From: Dehalococcoidia bacterium
GTDB lineage: Bacteria > Chloroflexota > Dehalococcoidia > Lucifugimonadales > UBA3495
Assembly: GCA_965197635.1 (NCBI GenBank)
Contig: CBDANN010000005.1
Coordinates: forward strand, 346,944 to 410,943
Direction: 5' to 3'
Length of the DNA: 64,000 nucleotides
The notes beneath the pieces were generated by a model that did no database searches, was not told the origin of the DNA, and saw nothing but the letters and a program-made list of their open reading frames with translations. A program made the position numbers and the translations under genes. Below are positions 19,166 to 27,904 of this stretch, in pieces; within the stretch, counting starts at the first letter, position 1, and every line of letters begins with the position of its first letter.

Positions 19166-20876
19166 CCCCCAATCCACCGAAAGGATGAGGTTGGTGTCGT
19201 GCTGAAGGGTTGAAAAAGTGCTCCCGGCTTCGGGGATAATGGTTTGTGAGACACCAAACCAACCCGGAACAAGGAGCACCCAACGGATGCTACCACCTGA
19301 GCGCCTTGAGCGCATCCAGGTCGCCTTCGACGATCACCGCCTGGTGGCCAACGCCGGACTGATCCTGCCGGTCACGCTGGCCCATCACCTGGGTCTGGGC
19401 GAACTGGTGGACCGCCACGTTGACTTGGGAGATGCACCGGGTCGTGCGAATGCTGGGGACAAGATGCTGACCCTGGTGGCGTCGGCCCTGGCCGGTGGCG
19501 ACTGCATCGACGACGCCGACGCGCTGCGCGCTGGCGGGACCGAGCAGGTGCTGGGCTGTGTGGTCAAGGCGCCGTCCACGTTGGGTACGTTCCTGCGGAG
19601 TTTCCGTTGGGGCCACGCGCGGCAGCTGGATCGGGTGAGCCGTGAGGCGCTGGCCCGAGCCTGGGGCGCCGGGGCCGGACCGGGCGATGATCCGTTGACC
19701 ATCGACCTGGACTCCACCATCTGTGAGACCTACGGTCCGGCCAAGGAAGGGGCGCGCCGCCACACCTACACCGGCCAGCGGGGCTATCACCCGCTGTTCG
19801 CCGTCGCCGCTGGCACCGGCGACGTGCTGATGGCTCGGCTGCGCCAGGGACGCGCCAACACCGCTCGCGGCGCGGCCCACTTCCTGCGAGAGACGGTAAG
19901 GCGAGTGCGCTGCGCCGGAGCCACCGGACCGCTCACCATGCGGGCCGACAGCGGCTTCTACAACCACGACATCGTCGCCGTCTGCCGCAAGATGAAGGTC
20001 CGCTTCTCCATCACCGTCCGCCAGCACGCCCAGTTGCGCAATCTCATCGCAGCCATACCTGAAGAGGACTGGACGCCCATCCCTTACTGGATGGAGGGCG
20101 CCGCCGACGTGGCCGAAACCAGCTACACTCCCTTCGCCAGTGAGCCCGATGCTGTGCCGGTGCGTCTCATCGTCCGAAGGGTGCAGCCCACGCCCAACTC
20201 CCAGCTGGCCCTCTTGGTCGACTACAGCTATCACGGCTTCATCACCGATAGAGACGGCGACACCCTGGAACTGGAGGCCGATCATCGCCGCCACGCCGAG
20301 ATCGAGAACGCCATCCGCGACCTCAAGTACGGGGTGGGTCTCAACCACCTGCCCTCGGGCCGCTTCCCCGCCAACGCCGCCTGGCTGGCCGTCCAGACGA
20401 TGGCCCACAACCTGGCCCGCTGGACCACGCGCCTCGGGCTGGGCGAGCCGGTGGCGACCACCAAGACCCTGCGCAGGCGCTTCTTCTCCCTGGCCGGACG
20501 CCTCACCCGCAAGGCACGCCGCCTCACTTTGCATCTCCCCCAGGGCTGGCCCTGGCGAAACCAGTTCAGCAGCGCCCTGGCCAGACTGCGCGCACTGCCA
20601 CTCCCTTCTTGACCACGCCCGCGGCGTCTGACCTGTCCCCCAGATTACCTAACTGTCTGGCCCAGCCGCGCCAGGCTCGGCTCCTGATGGCCTCCGCCGG
20701 CGATCGGCGCTGAAAATCGCTTCCCGCGCCGCTACTACGGGTCGTCAACATCTCTTTGGACCGGCATCCACGCCCCACATCGTCCATTTCATCGGCATCA
20801 GGTCCCCGCCAGCCCGATCCCTGGTCCCTCATCCCTCCTCTGACCGCCGCCACGGTTTCCCTTCGGTGGATTCGGG
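19166..20876 (+). mobile_element. IS1380-family insertion sequence (about 1.7 kb)
   Basis: Imperfect IRs: CCCCCAATCCACCGAA at 19166 and the reverse complement CCCGAATCCACCGAA ending at 20876. Flanked by a TTTA direct repeat (19162-19165 and 20877-20880). Confidence 0.7.
19287..20612 (+). CDS. IS1380-family transposase
   Basis: AAGGAG 11 nt upstream of ATG 19287. DLDSTICETYG...GYHPLFAV...LRQGRANTARGA block typical of IS1380/ISEcp1-like DDE transposases. Confidence 0.85.
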   Translation: MLPPERLERIQVAFDDHRLVANAGLILPVTLAHHLGLGELVDRHVDLGDAPGRANAGDKMLTLVASALAGGDCIDDADALRAGGTEQVLGCVVKAPSTLGTFLRSFRWGHARQLDRVSREALARAWGAGAGPGDDPLTIDLDSTICETYGPAKEGARRHTYTGQRGYHPLFAVAAGTGDVLMARLRQGRANTARGAAHFLRETVRRVRCAGATGPLTMRADSGFYNHDIVAVCRKMKVRFSITVRQHAQLRNLIAAIPEEDWTPIPYWMEGAADVAETSYTPFASEPDAVPVRLIVRRVQPTPNSQLALLVDYSYHGFITDRDGDTLELEADHRRHAEIENAIRDLKYGVGLNHLPSGRFPANAAWLAVQTMAHNLARWTTRLGLGEPVATTKTLRRRFFSLAGRLTRKARRLTLHLPQGWPWRNQFSSALARLRALPLPS

Positions 20877-21010
20877 TTTACAATGCCCGCCAGCAACTGG
20901 GGCATTCATCGGCCGAAAATTCCACGCCCGCACAGGTGAGCGTTTTGCAGGAACCCCAAACCGCAACCCGAATTGACCGTGCGCACCTCGCTTTGGGGGG
21001 TCGCACCATC

Positions 21011-22189
21011 ATGCCGGGCCTGGCCGCCGGCCATGTCATGTTCCATTGGATAATCCAGAGCTTTGTCGTGGTCTTCCCCGAGATCCAAGCGGCTTTCGGT
21101 ATCACGGCAGTTGGTGTTGGCGGCCTGGTATCGGCGCGGGAGGTGGCCGCAGGAGTGGTCGCCCTGCCCGGAGGAGTGGCGGTGGACATCGTCCGCCGAT
21201 ACTGGAGCCTGCTGCTTGCAGTGTGCCTGGGGGCATCCGCTTTGGGTTCTTTCGTGATTGGGGTGTCGCCGCTCTACGTTCTGTTATTGTTCGGCATCGC
21301 CGTAGTGGCCGCGTCCCATTCCATTTGGCACCTGCCCGCGTCGTCGTCACTTTCCTATCACTATGCCCAAAAGCGCGGCATGGCGCTGTCGATTCATGGT
21401 GTGGGCGGGAGCATCGGAGACGTGGTGGGTCCGGTAGCCACCGGGGCATTGTTGCTGTTCCTCACCTGGCGAGAATTGTTCAGCGTGTACGCCGCCGTCC
21501 CATTGTTCCTGGCCGCCATCGCGCTCTGGGCGTTTCGCGACATCGGGCGGGTTACGGAACAAGAGCATTCCGACGTGGACATGGCAAGCCGGGTGGAGGC
21601 GACCAAGCAACTGCTGCGAAGCCCGGTGCTTTGGGGGTTGATGGCGGTGCGCGGATTCCGGTCTATGGCGCTGGTGGCGTTGGTCACCATATTGCCGCTT
21701 TACCTGAACAACGACATCGGGCTGAACGAGTGGAACCGCGGGTTTCACATCGGATTGCTGATTGCCGTCGGCCTGGTGGCAAAAACCGGGGCGGGTTACC
21801 TGTCCGACCGGTTCGGCCGAAAGCAGGTGCTGGTTCCAGGGTTGGTTTGGTCCTGCGTTGTGGCGTTGGCCATGGTCGTATTTGACGCCGGGATAATGCT
21901 CACCATTACGATCGCGTTGCTGGGATTGTTCCTGTATCCCGACCAACCCATCCTGACGGCCACCATATTCGATTTCGTGGGCCGGGAATTCGCATCCACC
22001 GGCCTGGGTGTGGTTGCCTTCGCCGCCTTCCTGATGGCGGCAGTTTCATCTGTGATCGCTGGGGCCCTGTACGAAACGTTGGGCTTCGCGGCGACGATGT
22101 ACTACGTTGCCACATTGTTTGCCGTGTCAGCCGTGGTTTTTCTGATGTTGCCGGTGTCTGGAAGAGGGGATGGCCAAGCGGTCACGTAA
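21011..22189 (+). CDS. MFS transporter
   Basis: ATG 21011 within ORF 20756..22189, because the upstream part lies inside the IS1380 end. About 12 predicted TM helices and DRFGRK between TM8 and TM9. Confidence 0.8.
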   Translation: MPGLAAGHVMFHWIIQSFVVVFPEIQAAFGITAVGVGGLVSAREVAAGVVALPGGVAVDIVRRYWSLLLAVCLGASALGSFVIGVSPLYVLLLFGIAVVAASHSIWHLPASSSLSYHYAQKRGMALSIHGVGGSIGDVVGPVATGALLLFLTWRELFSVYAAVPLFLAAIALWAFRDIGRVTEQEHSDVDMASRVEATKQLLRSPVLWGLMAVRGFRSMALVALVTILPLYLNNDIGLNEWNRGFHIGLLIAVGLVAKTGAGYLSDRFGRKQVLVPGLVWSCVVALAMVVFDAGIMLTITIALLGLFLYPDQPILTATIFDFVGREFASTGLGVVAFAAFLMAAVSSVIAGALYETLGFAATMYYVATLFAVSAVVFLMLPVSGRGDGQAVT

Positions 22190-23000
22190 CCGGCCTCGGT
22201 TGACACTCTGGGCAATGCCAGGAACTCCGACCCCGCACTCTAATCATCTCCACCGGTGCGCCGCATTGCGGACACGCTTCACCGGCGGCCCTGGGTATCG
22301 TCCACGGCGAAAGGGCCGTTGGAGGATCGGGCCACTCCGCGTCCCGCGCGGCGGCATAGGCGGCCACTGAGCGGGTGAGGGCGGTCACAATGCCTTTGTG
22401 AAGGCGCCCAAATTCGTCGTCCGTGAGGCCCGGGGCCGTCCGCTCGGGATGTATGCCCGACAGGTACAGGGCTTCATCGGCGTAAAGGTTGCCCAATCCG
22501 GCAATTACCGATTGCTCCAGCAGCAGAGCTTTCACTGGGGCTTTCCTTCCTGCCAATGCCGCCTCGAGTGCGGCGACGCAAAAAGACGGTTCGAGCGGCT
22601 CCGGACCCATTTTGGTCATTGCCTCGGCGGGGTCCCCCAACAGCCAGAGATGACCGAACTTGCGGGGGTCGATGAACCGCAGTTCTTGGCCGTCGTCCAG
22701 AGGAAAAGTGTGCCGCAGCATGGATGGAGGTTCCCGGTCAGCGCCGTGGATGCGCAGGCTGCCAGTCATGCCCAAGTGCATCACCAAGTATTGACCGTCG
22801 TCCAGCGGGCTGATGAGATATTTGCCCCGGCGCTGCACGTCGGTGACTCGCCGTCCGGCGACACCCTCAATGAACTCTCCCACCGACGGCGATCTCACCG
22901 TCTTAGCCCAGGTGATCTCGGGCGCCCCGAAACGGCAACCCGCCAGACCCGAACGTAGCAGGTACTGGCGGGTGTTCTCGACCTCGGGCAGTTCGGGCAT
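22182..23000 (-). CDS. mutM: formamidopyrimidine-DNA glycosylase
   Basis: MPELPEVE N-terminus, H2TH domain, C-terminal CPQCG...CPECQ zinc finger. Confidence 0.9.
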   Translation of the reverse strand: MPELPEVENTRQYLLRSGLAGCRFGAPEITWAKTVRSPSVGEFIEGVAGRRVTDVQRRGKYLISPLDDGQYLVMHLGMTGSLRIHGADREPPSMLRHTFPLDDGQELRFIDPRKFGHLWLLGDPAEAMTKMGPEPLEPSFCVAALEAALAGRKAPVKALLLEQSVIAGLGNLYADEALYLSGIHPERTAPGLTDDEFGRLHKGIVTALTRSVAAYAAARDAEWPDPPTALSPWTIPRAAGEACPQCGAPVEMIRVRGRSSWHCPECQPRPVT

Positions 23001-23006
23001 GGCCGG

Positions 23007-26000
23007 CTAACCCGTCGTCACCCGGCGCACCCCCAGGGTGATTTCTATACCTTCGATTTTCGCTGTTTCCGATTTGGCGGCGTCGTCGGGGACAATGGGG
23101 AGCAGGTCTTCGCTCAGCGTTTCCTGCTTGATGTAGTCGCCATGGGCGTTCATGACGCGGGCCACGTCCTCCGGCCCTTCATAATAGGAGTAAATTCGGT
23201 CAGTGATCTCGAACCCGGCGCCCTTGCGCAGGTTCTGGATCCGGTGCGCCAACTCACGCGCCAGTCCCTCGTCGGCCAGCTCCGGCGTCAGTCGGGCGTC
23301 CACCGCCACCATGTAACCGGCTTCCAAGGTCGCAGAGTATCCGTCCACCGAAACCACGGTATCCCCATCGTCGCCTGCAATAGCTCGAGCTTGCTCGTAC
23401 AGGTCCAGGCCGCCGTCCACCGAGCGGAGCCTTTTGATGTTCAGCTCTTCAAGGATTTGCGGCTCCACTTGTGACAGATAATCCCGTTCGGCGTCAGACC
23501 GGGTCTTGACCACTACCTCGGCCAGCGGCTGCCGCACCTTCAGGCCGGCCTTGCTTCGCGCCGCCCGTCCCATGCTGGATACGCGGATTGCCAACCGGGT
23601 GGCGTCCAAGACGCTTTGATCTATCAACGAATTATCAGCCGCCGGGTAGTTGGCGAGGTGAACGCTGTCGGGGCCGTCTGCGTTGTACCGTAGTTCGAGG
23701 TTCCGGTACATCTGCTCCGACACGAATGGAGCCAACGGAGCCATCAGCCGGGCCACCGTGGTCAGGCACCGGTAAAGCGTCGCATAAGCGCCGATTTTGT
23801 CCGCATCCGTTTCCGACTTCCAGAACCGCCGGCGGGAACGACGCACGTACCAGTTGGAAAGCACGTCGATGAACTCGGCGATCCGTCGGCCGGCGTCGGT
23901 CGGATTGTAGTTGTCGAGGTAGTCGTCAACGACCTGAACCAGCTGATTCAGTTCCGCCAGCACCCAACGATCCAATTCGGCTTCGGGCCGCCAGCCTTCG
24001 GGGATTTGCCCCGGCTCAAACTCGTCGATGTTGGCGTAGTTGGTGAAGAATGAGTACACGTTCCACAGGGTTAGCAGCACCTGGCGCAGGGTCTGCTGCA
24101 CCAGCCGGTCCGAGAACCGGCGCGGCTCACCCGGATGGGAAGCGGTGAACAGATACCAGCGCAGCGCGTCGGCGCCGTGGGAATCCAGGATGGTGTCGGG
24201 TTCAACGATATTGCCCAACCGTTTGCTCATCTTGCGGCCGCGGTCGTCCAGGATCAGGCCCAGGCAAATGACGTTGCGGTAAGCCACGTCATCCCGCAGC
24301 AGCGTGGACAGGGCGTGCAGGCTGTAGAACCAGCCGCGCGTCTGGTCCACGGCCTCGCAGATGTAGTCGGCCGGCAGGCGGCCATCGGTTTCGATTTCCC
24401 GGTTTTCAAAAGGAAAATGCCACTGAGCGTAGGGCATCATCCCGGAGTCAAACCAGCAATCCATCACCTCCGGGATACGCCGCATGACGCCGCGGCAAGT
24501 TGGGGTGTCCTCGCGTGTGCGGGGGAGATGATCGTTCCCGGGAAATGGCCTAGTCCACGTCTGGCCTATCCCCACGTTTGTGAGAGAAGAATCGTGCTGG
24601 TCGCAGGTCCAAGTCAGATCGTCCACATAGGGACGGTGCAGGTCCAAGTCGCTGACATCAACCCCGGAGCGTTTCTCCAGCTCGGCCACGCTGCCGATGC
24701 AATCTGTGAAACCGCAAACGTCGCACCGCCAAATCGGCATGGGCGTTCCCCAATACCGCTCGCGCGAGAGGGCCCAGTCCTGATTATTCCGCAGCCACTC
24801 GCCGAAACGGCCCTCACGAATATGCTCCGGGTACCAGTTGATGCCGCTGTTGATGTCCACCAAACGATCTTTGACCGCCGTGGTGCGGATGTACCAGGAC
24901 GTCTTGGCGTAATACAGCAACGGGGTGTCGCACCGCCAGCAGAAGGGGTACGTATGCCGGTACACCCCCTGGTGGTAGAGGAGACCACGAGAGTCCAGGT
25001 CAGCGGCGATTTCCGGGTCAGCGTCCTTTACGAATTTGCCGGCAAAAGGATAGTTGCCGGTAATGACCCCCTGCAAATCCACTGGCTGGACGAATGCCAA
25101 CTCCTTTTCCCGCCCCAGCGCCAAGTCCTCGTCGCCAAAGGCCGGCGCGATGTGGACGATGCCGCTGCCGTCATCCATGCTAACGAAATCGGCCGCCACG
25201 ACGCGGGGGGCATAGCCGTCGGCGTCTTCCAGTTGCGCTGTGCCGTTTCGCCGGACGAACTGACGAATCGGCGAGCCATATTCCGTGGCGTCGTACAACG
25301 GTCGGTAAGGTAAGCCAACCAGTTCGCCGCCCGGCAATGTCTTGATTACGGTGTATTCCTCTTGCAACACGCTGAGCAGGGCGGTGGCAAGAACCAGTTG
25401 ACAGTCGGCGGTTGCTACTACCGAGTATTCGGCTTCGGAGTCCACCGCCAGGGCGGTGTTGCCGGGCAGCGTCCACGGAGTGGTGGTCCACGCCAGCGCG
25501 TATGTGGCGGCGTAATCTTTCCCCGCACACGCGGGGAAACGCGAATTTGATGAAGACGCACGGGTCGGGCGTAGGTCTATCCCCACGTCTGCGGGAGAGT
25601 CCGGGAGCGACGCAGTAAGCTCGAATTTGACGAAAGTTGACGGATCGGGCGTATTTTCCCGGTAGCCCAGCGCCACCTCGTGGGACGACAGGCTGGACAC
25701 GCAGCGTGGGCAATGCGGCGTTCCCCGACGGTCCTGGTAGAGGAGACCCCGGTCCCACAACTGCTTTAGGATCCACCAGCCGGTTTCGATGTAATCGGTT
25801 TCCAGAGTCACGTAGGGATCGTCCATATCGACCCAGTAGCCGATACGGTCGGTCATCACCTCCCAGTCTTTCACGTAGCGGAAGACGCTTTCGCGGCAGC
25901 GTCTGTTGAACTCAGCGATGCCGTATTCCTCGATGTCGAGCTTGGAAGACAGGCCCAGCTCTTGCTCAACCGCCATTTCCACCGGCAGGCCGTGGGTGTC

Positions 26001-26261
26001 CCAGCCGCCCTTGCGTATCACGCGGCATCCCTTCATGGTGCGGTAGCGGGAGATTACGTCCTTGAACACCCGCGCCAGCACGTGATGGATGCCCGGGCTG
26101 CCGTTGGCAGTGGGCGGCCCCTCGTACATCATAAACAGCGGGGCGTCCGGCCTTTCGTCCACCGAGCGGCGGAACACCTCGCGTTCCTTCCAATATTCAA
26201 GAACCTCGGCGTCCAGGTCGGGGAAGCTGACCCGACTGGAAACCACGTCAAAACCTGCCAT
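23007..26261 (-). CDS. ileS: isoleucine--tRNA ligase (type 2)
   Basis: 1084 aa. PPTANGSPGIHH (HIGH), WTTTPWTLPGN, KMSKRLGN. Carries two unusual in-frame insertions (see findings). Confidence 0.95.
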   Translation of the reverse strand: MAGFDVVSSRVSFPDLDAEVLEYWKEREVFRRSVDERPDAPLFMMYEGPPTANGSPGIHHVLARVFKDVISRYRTMKGCRVIRKGGWDTHGLPVEMAVEQELGLSSKLDIEEYGIAEFNRRCRESVFRYVKDWEVMTDRIGYWVDMDDPYVTLETDYIETGWWILKQLWDRGLLYQDRRGTPHCPRCVSSLSSHEVALGYRENTPDPSTFVKFELTASLPDSPADVGIDLRPTRASSSNSRFPACAGKDYAATYALAWTTTPWTLPGNTALAVDSEAEYSVVATADCQLVLATALLSVLQEEYTVIKTLPGGELVGLPYRPLYDATEYGSPIRQFVRRNGTAQLEDADGYAPRVVAADFVSMDDGSGIVHIAPAFGDEDLALGREKELAFVQPVDLQGVITGNYPFAGKFVKDADPEIAADLDSRGLLYHQGVYRHTYPFCWRCDTPLLYYAKTSWYIRTTAVKDRLVDINSGINWYPEHIREGRFGEWLRNNQDWALSRERYWGTPMPIWRCDVCGFTDCIGSVAELEKRSGVDVSDLDLHRPYVDDLTWTCDQHDSSLTNVGIGQTWTRPFPGNDHLPRTREDTPTCRGVMRRIPEVMDCWFDSGMMPYAQWHFPFENREIETDGRLPADYICEAVDQTRGWFYSLHALSTLLRDDVAYRNVICLGLILDDRGRKMSKRLGNIVEPDTILDSHGADALRWYLFTASHPGEPRRFSDRLVQQTLRQVLLTLWNVYSFFTNYANIDEFEPGQIPEGWRPEAELDRWVLAELNQLVQVVDDYLDNYNPTDAGRRIAEFIDVLSNWYVRRSRRRFWKSETDADKIGAYATLYRCLTTVARLMAPLAPFVSEQMYRNLELRYNADGPDSVHLANYPAADNSLIDQSVLDATRLAIRVSSMGRAARSKAGLKVRQPLAEVVVKTRSDAERDYLSQVEPQILEELNIKRLRSVDGGLDLYEQARAIAGDDGDTVVSVDGYSATLEAGYMVAVDARLTPELADEGLARELAHRIQNLRKGAGFEITDRIYSYYEGPEDVARVMNAHGDYIKQETLSEDLLPIVPDDAAKSETAKIEGIEITLGVRRVTTG
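24509..24590 (-). repeat. hairpin-pair element inside ileS (locus B)
   Basis: GC hairpin CCTCGCGTGTGCGGGG (24509-24524) and motif CTATCCCCACGT (24566-24577). The same two motifs occur at the same spacing at 25512-25599. Confidence 0.5.
25512..25599 (-). repeat. hairpin-pair element inside ileS (locus A)
   Basis: Two 29-nt hairpin segments (25512-25540 and 25571-25599) separated by 30 nt. The sense-strand sequence GACTCTCCCGCAGACGTGGGGATAGACCT resembles a type I-E CRISPR repeat. Confidence 0.5.
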
Positions 26262-26363
26262 AGCCGGAAATACCTCTGTCCCTTGTCTCGCCCGGATGTG
26301 GGATCAACGTCCGGACGCACCGATTACCTCAGTATAGGTGGCGATTATAGCCCAGCAGGCTTA

Positions 26364-27161
26364 TCACCAAAAAGCGTGAAAATGGTGCAGGGGGCCGTGT
26401 CCCTGCCCAATTGGATAAGCCGCTCGTATCGCGGCAGTGACGTACTCCTTGGCGCGTGCCACTGCCTGCGGCGTCTCCAATCCATGCGCCAGTCCGGCGG
26501 CAACTGCGGACGCGAAAGTACAACCCGTGCCATGGGTGTTGGTGGATGGGATGCGTTCCGTCGTGAACTCTCTGAACTGCTCCCCGTCATACAGCAGGTC
26601 GGTGGGCGCCCCATCCCGGTGTCCCCCTTTGATAACCACCGCGCGAGGCCCCATTGCCGAGATGGTCACCGCCGCCCGGCGGACGTCGTCTTCAGATCTG
26701 ATCGCGCGGCCGGTCAAATCCTCCGCCTCGGGAATGTTTGGGGTAACCACCGCTGCCAGCGGCAACAAGGTGTCGCAAATTGATGCAATGGCTTCCGTGC
26801 GCAGCAACCGGTCGCCACTTTTGGCGACCATGACGGGGTCAACCACGAGATTCTCGATGCCGTGGCGGCGGATCGCCTCCGCAACGGTTTCCACGATGGC
26901 GCTGGACGATAGCATCCCCGTCTTAACCGCATCCGCTCCGATATCCATCATTACAGCGTCGATCTGAGCGGAGACCACGTCGGTGGGCACCTCATGCACG
27001 GCAGTTACACCAATCGTGTTCTGCGCCGTGATCGCGGTGAGCGTCGAGGTGCCAAATACGCCCAGCGCCGAGAATGTTTTCAGGTCTGCCTGGATACCGG
27101 CGCCTCCTCCCGAGTCGGAACCGGCGATGGTCATCACGGTTGGCGGTCTCGATCTGGTCAT
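26364..27161 (-). CDS. thiD: hydroxymethylpyrimidine/phosphomethylpyrimidine kinase
   Basis: 265 aa. [19 protein letters not shown]-terminus and HGTGCTF motif. Confidence 0.9.
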   Translation of the reverse strand: MTRSRPPTVMTIAGSDSGGGAGIQADLKTFSALGVFGTSTLTAITAQNTIGVTAVHEVPTDVVSAQIDAVMMDIGADAVKTGMLSSSAIVETVAEAIRRHGIENLVVDPVMVAKSGDRLLRTEAIASICDTLLPLAAVVTPNIPEAEDLTGRAIRSEDDVRRAAVTISAMGPRAVVIKGGHRDGAPTDLLYDGEQFREFTTERIPSTNTHGTGCTFASAVAAGLAHGLETPQAVARAKEYVTAAIRAAYPIGQGHGPLHHFHAFW

Positions 27162-27191
27162 GGCATATTCCCTGAACTCGACGCGGTATGC

Positions 27192-27584
27192 TTACTCTGG
27201 CTCATCGGGCAGGCGCCACTCATCGCCGCTATTTGGTTCGTCTGGGCCGTTGGGTAGGCCCAGCGCAACCGCGGCGTCCCGGAGGATGCTGATATGCTCC
27301 TCGTCGGAAAGCACCCCTACCGGCATCGCAGGTAATGTTTCGATGTTGAGACCGGCACGGACACCCAGTTCCAACGACAAACGGGCTGCGGCATGGTTGT
27401 CGACCGCCTCGGTTATGATGACGAAATCGTGTTGGCCCAACACTGCGTACTGCGTCAGCACCTTGCCGGTTGACGTTTCCACTTCCTCGGCAGCCTCGCT
27501 CAACAGGTTGGGGTTGGCCTGGCTCATTCGTCGGCCCCGGCCGGTGAGATTGGCGAGCATTATGTAGAGTGGCATTCCAAGCAC
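27192..27584 (-). CDS. GYD domain protein
   Basis: [14 protein letters not shown]...LGQHDFVII pattern of the GYD family. The true start may be ATG 27575. Confidence 0.65.
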   Translation of the reverse strand: MLGMPLYIMLANLTGRGRRMSQANPNLLSEAAEEVETSTGKVLTQYAVLGQHDFVIITEAVDNHAAARLSLELGVRAGLNIETLPAMPVGVLSDEEHISILRDAAVALGLPNGPDEPNSGDEWRLPDEPE

Positions 27585-27669
27585 CTCAATCGTATGAACA
27601 ACGGGTGAGTATCCGACGTCAAGTATAACATCCGATTGGATGACCGCCGCATAGACCCCCCTTTCCCGT

Positions 27670-27833
27670 CAGGGCAATCGCATTTGAAATTGCAACCCCG
27701 TCACGCCGGCGAAAGACGGAGTCCATAAGGTCATTGCATGAACGAATTGGAAACGTAATTAACGAATTCGGTCACTGAATTCCTGCTTGCGCAGGAATAA
27801 CGGGCATTAAACTGCCCATATGCGATTGCCCTG
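27670..27833. mobile_element. 164-bp MITE-like element
   Basis: Perfect 14-bp terminal IRs CAGGGCAATCGCAT / ATGCGATTGCCCTG. Flanked by a 10-bp direct repeat CCTTTCCCGT (27660-27669 and 27834-27843). No ORF, and internal hairpins. Confidence 0.65.
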
Positions 27834-27904
27834 CCTTTCCCGTCCCGCCGTGCTATTATCCCGACAGAAAACGTCCGAATATCCTTAGCGTAGCGGAGGC
27901 TCAA

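Noticed and set aside
16837-19188. 783-aa ORF on the plus strand
   Set aside because: It is antisense to the well-supported DapA/MfnB/TusA fusion gene and has the same high-GC shadow-frame composition.
19290-20534. 414-aa minus-strand ORF
   Set aside because: It is antisense to the IS1380 transposase, which has clear family motifs.
14622-20876. A composite transposon formed by the two IS elements around the Uma2 and fusion genes
   Set aside because: The two IS belong to different families (IS4 versus IS1380), and each has its own intact target-site duplication. They are independent insertions.
24509-25599. A genuine CRISPR array in the ileS region
   Set aside because: There are only two repeat-like units per locus. 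The two units of a pair are different sequences, they lie inside a continuous essential ORF, and no cas genes or leader are in the window. I report this as repeat-like elements, not as a CRISPR feature.
26262-26363. A T-box or other leader upstream of ileS, and TPP riboswitches near thiD or thiE
   Set aside because: The gaps are too short (about 100 nt or overlapping genes). I saw no specifier/T-box motif and no TPP core (CUGAGA...ACCUGA).
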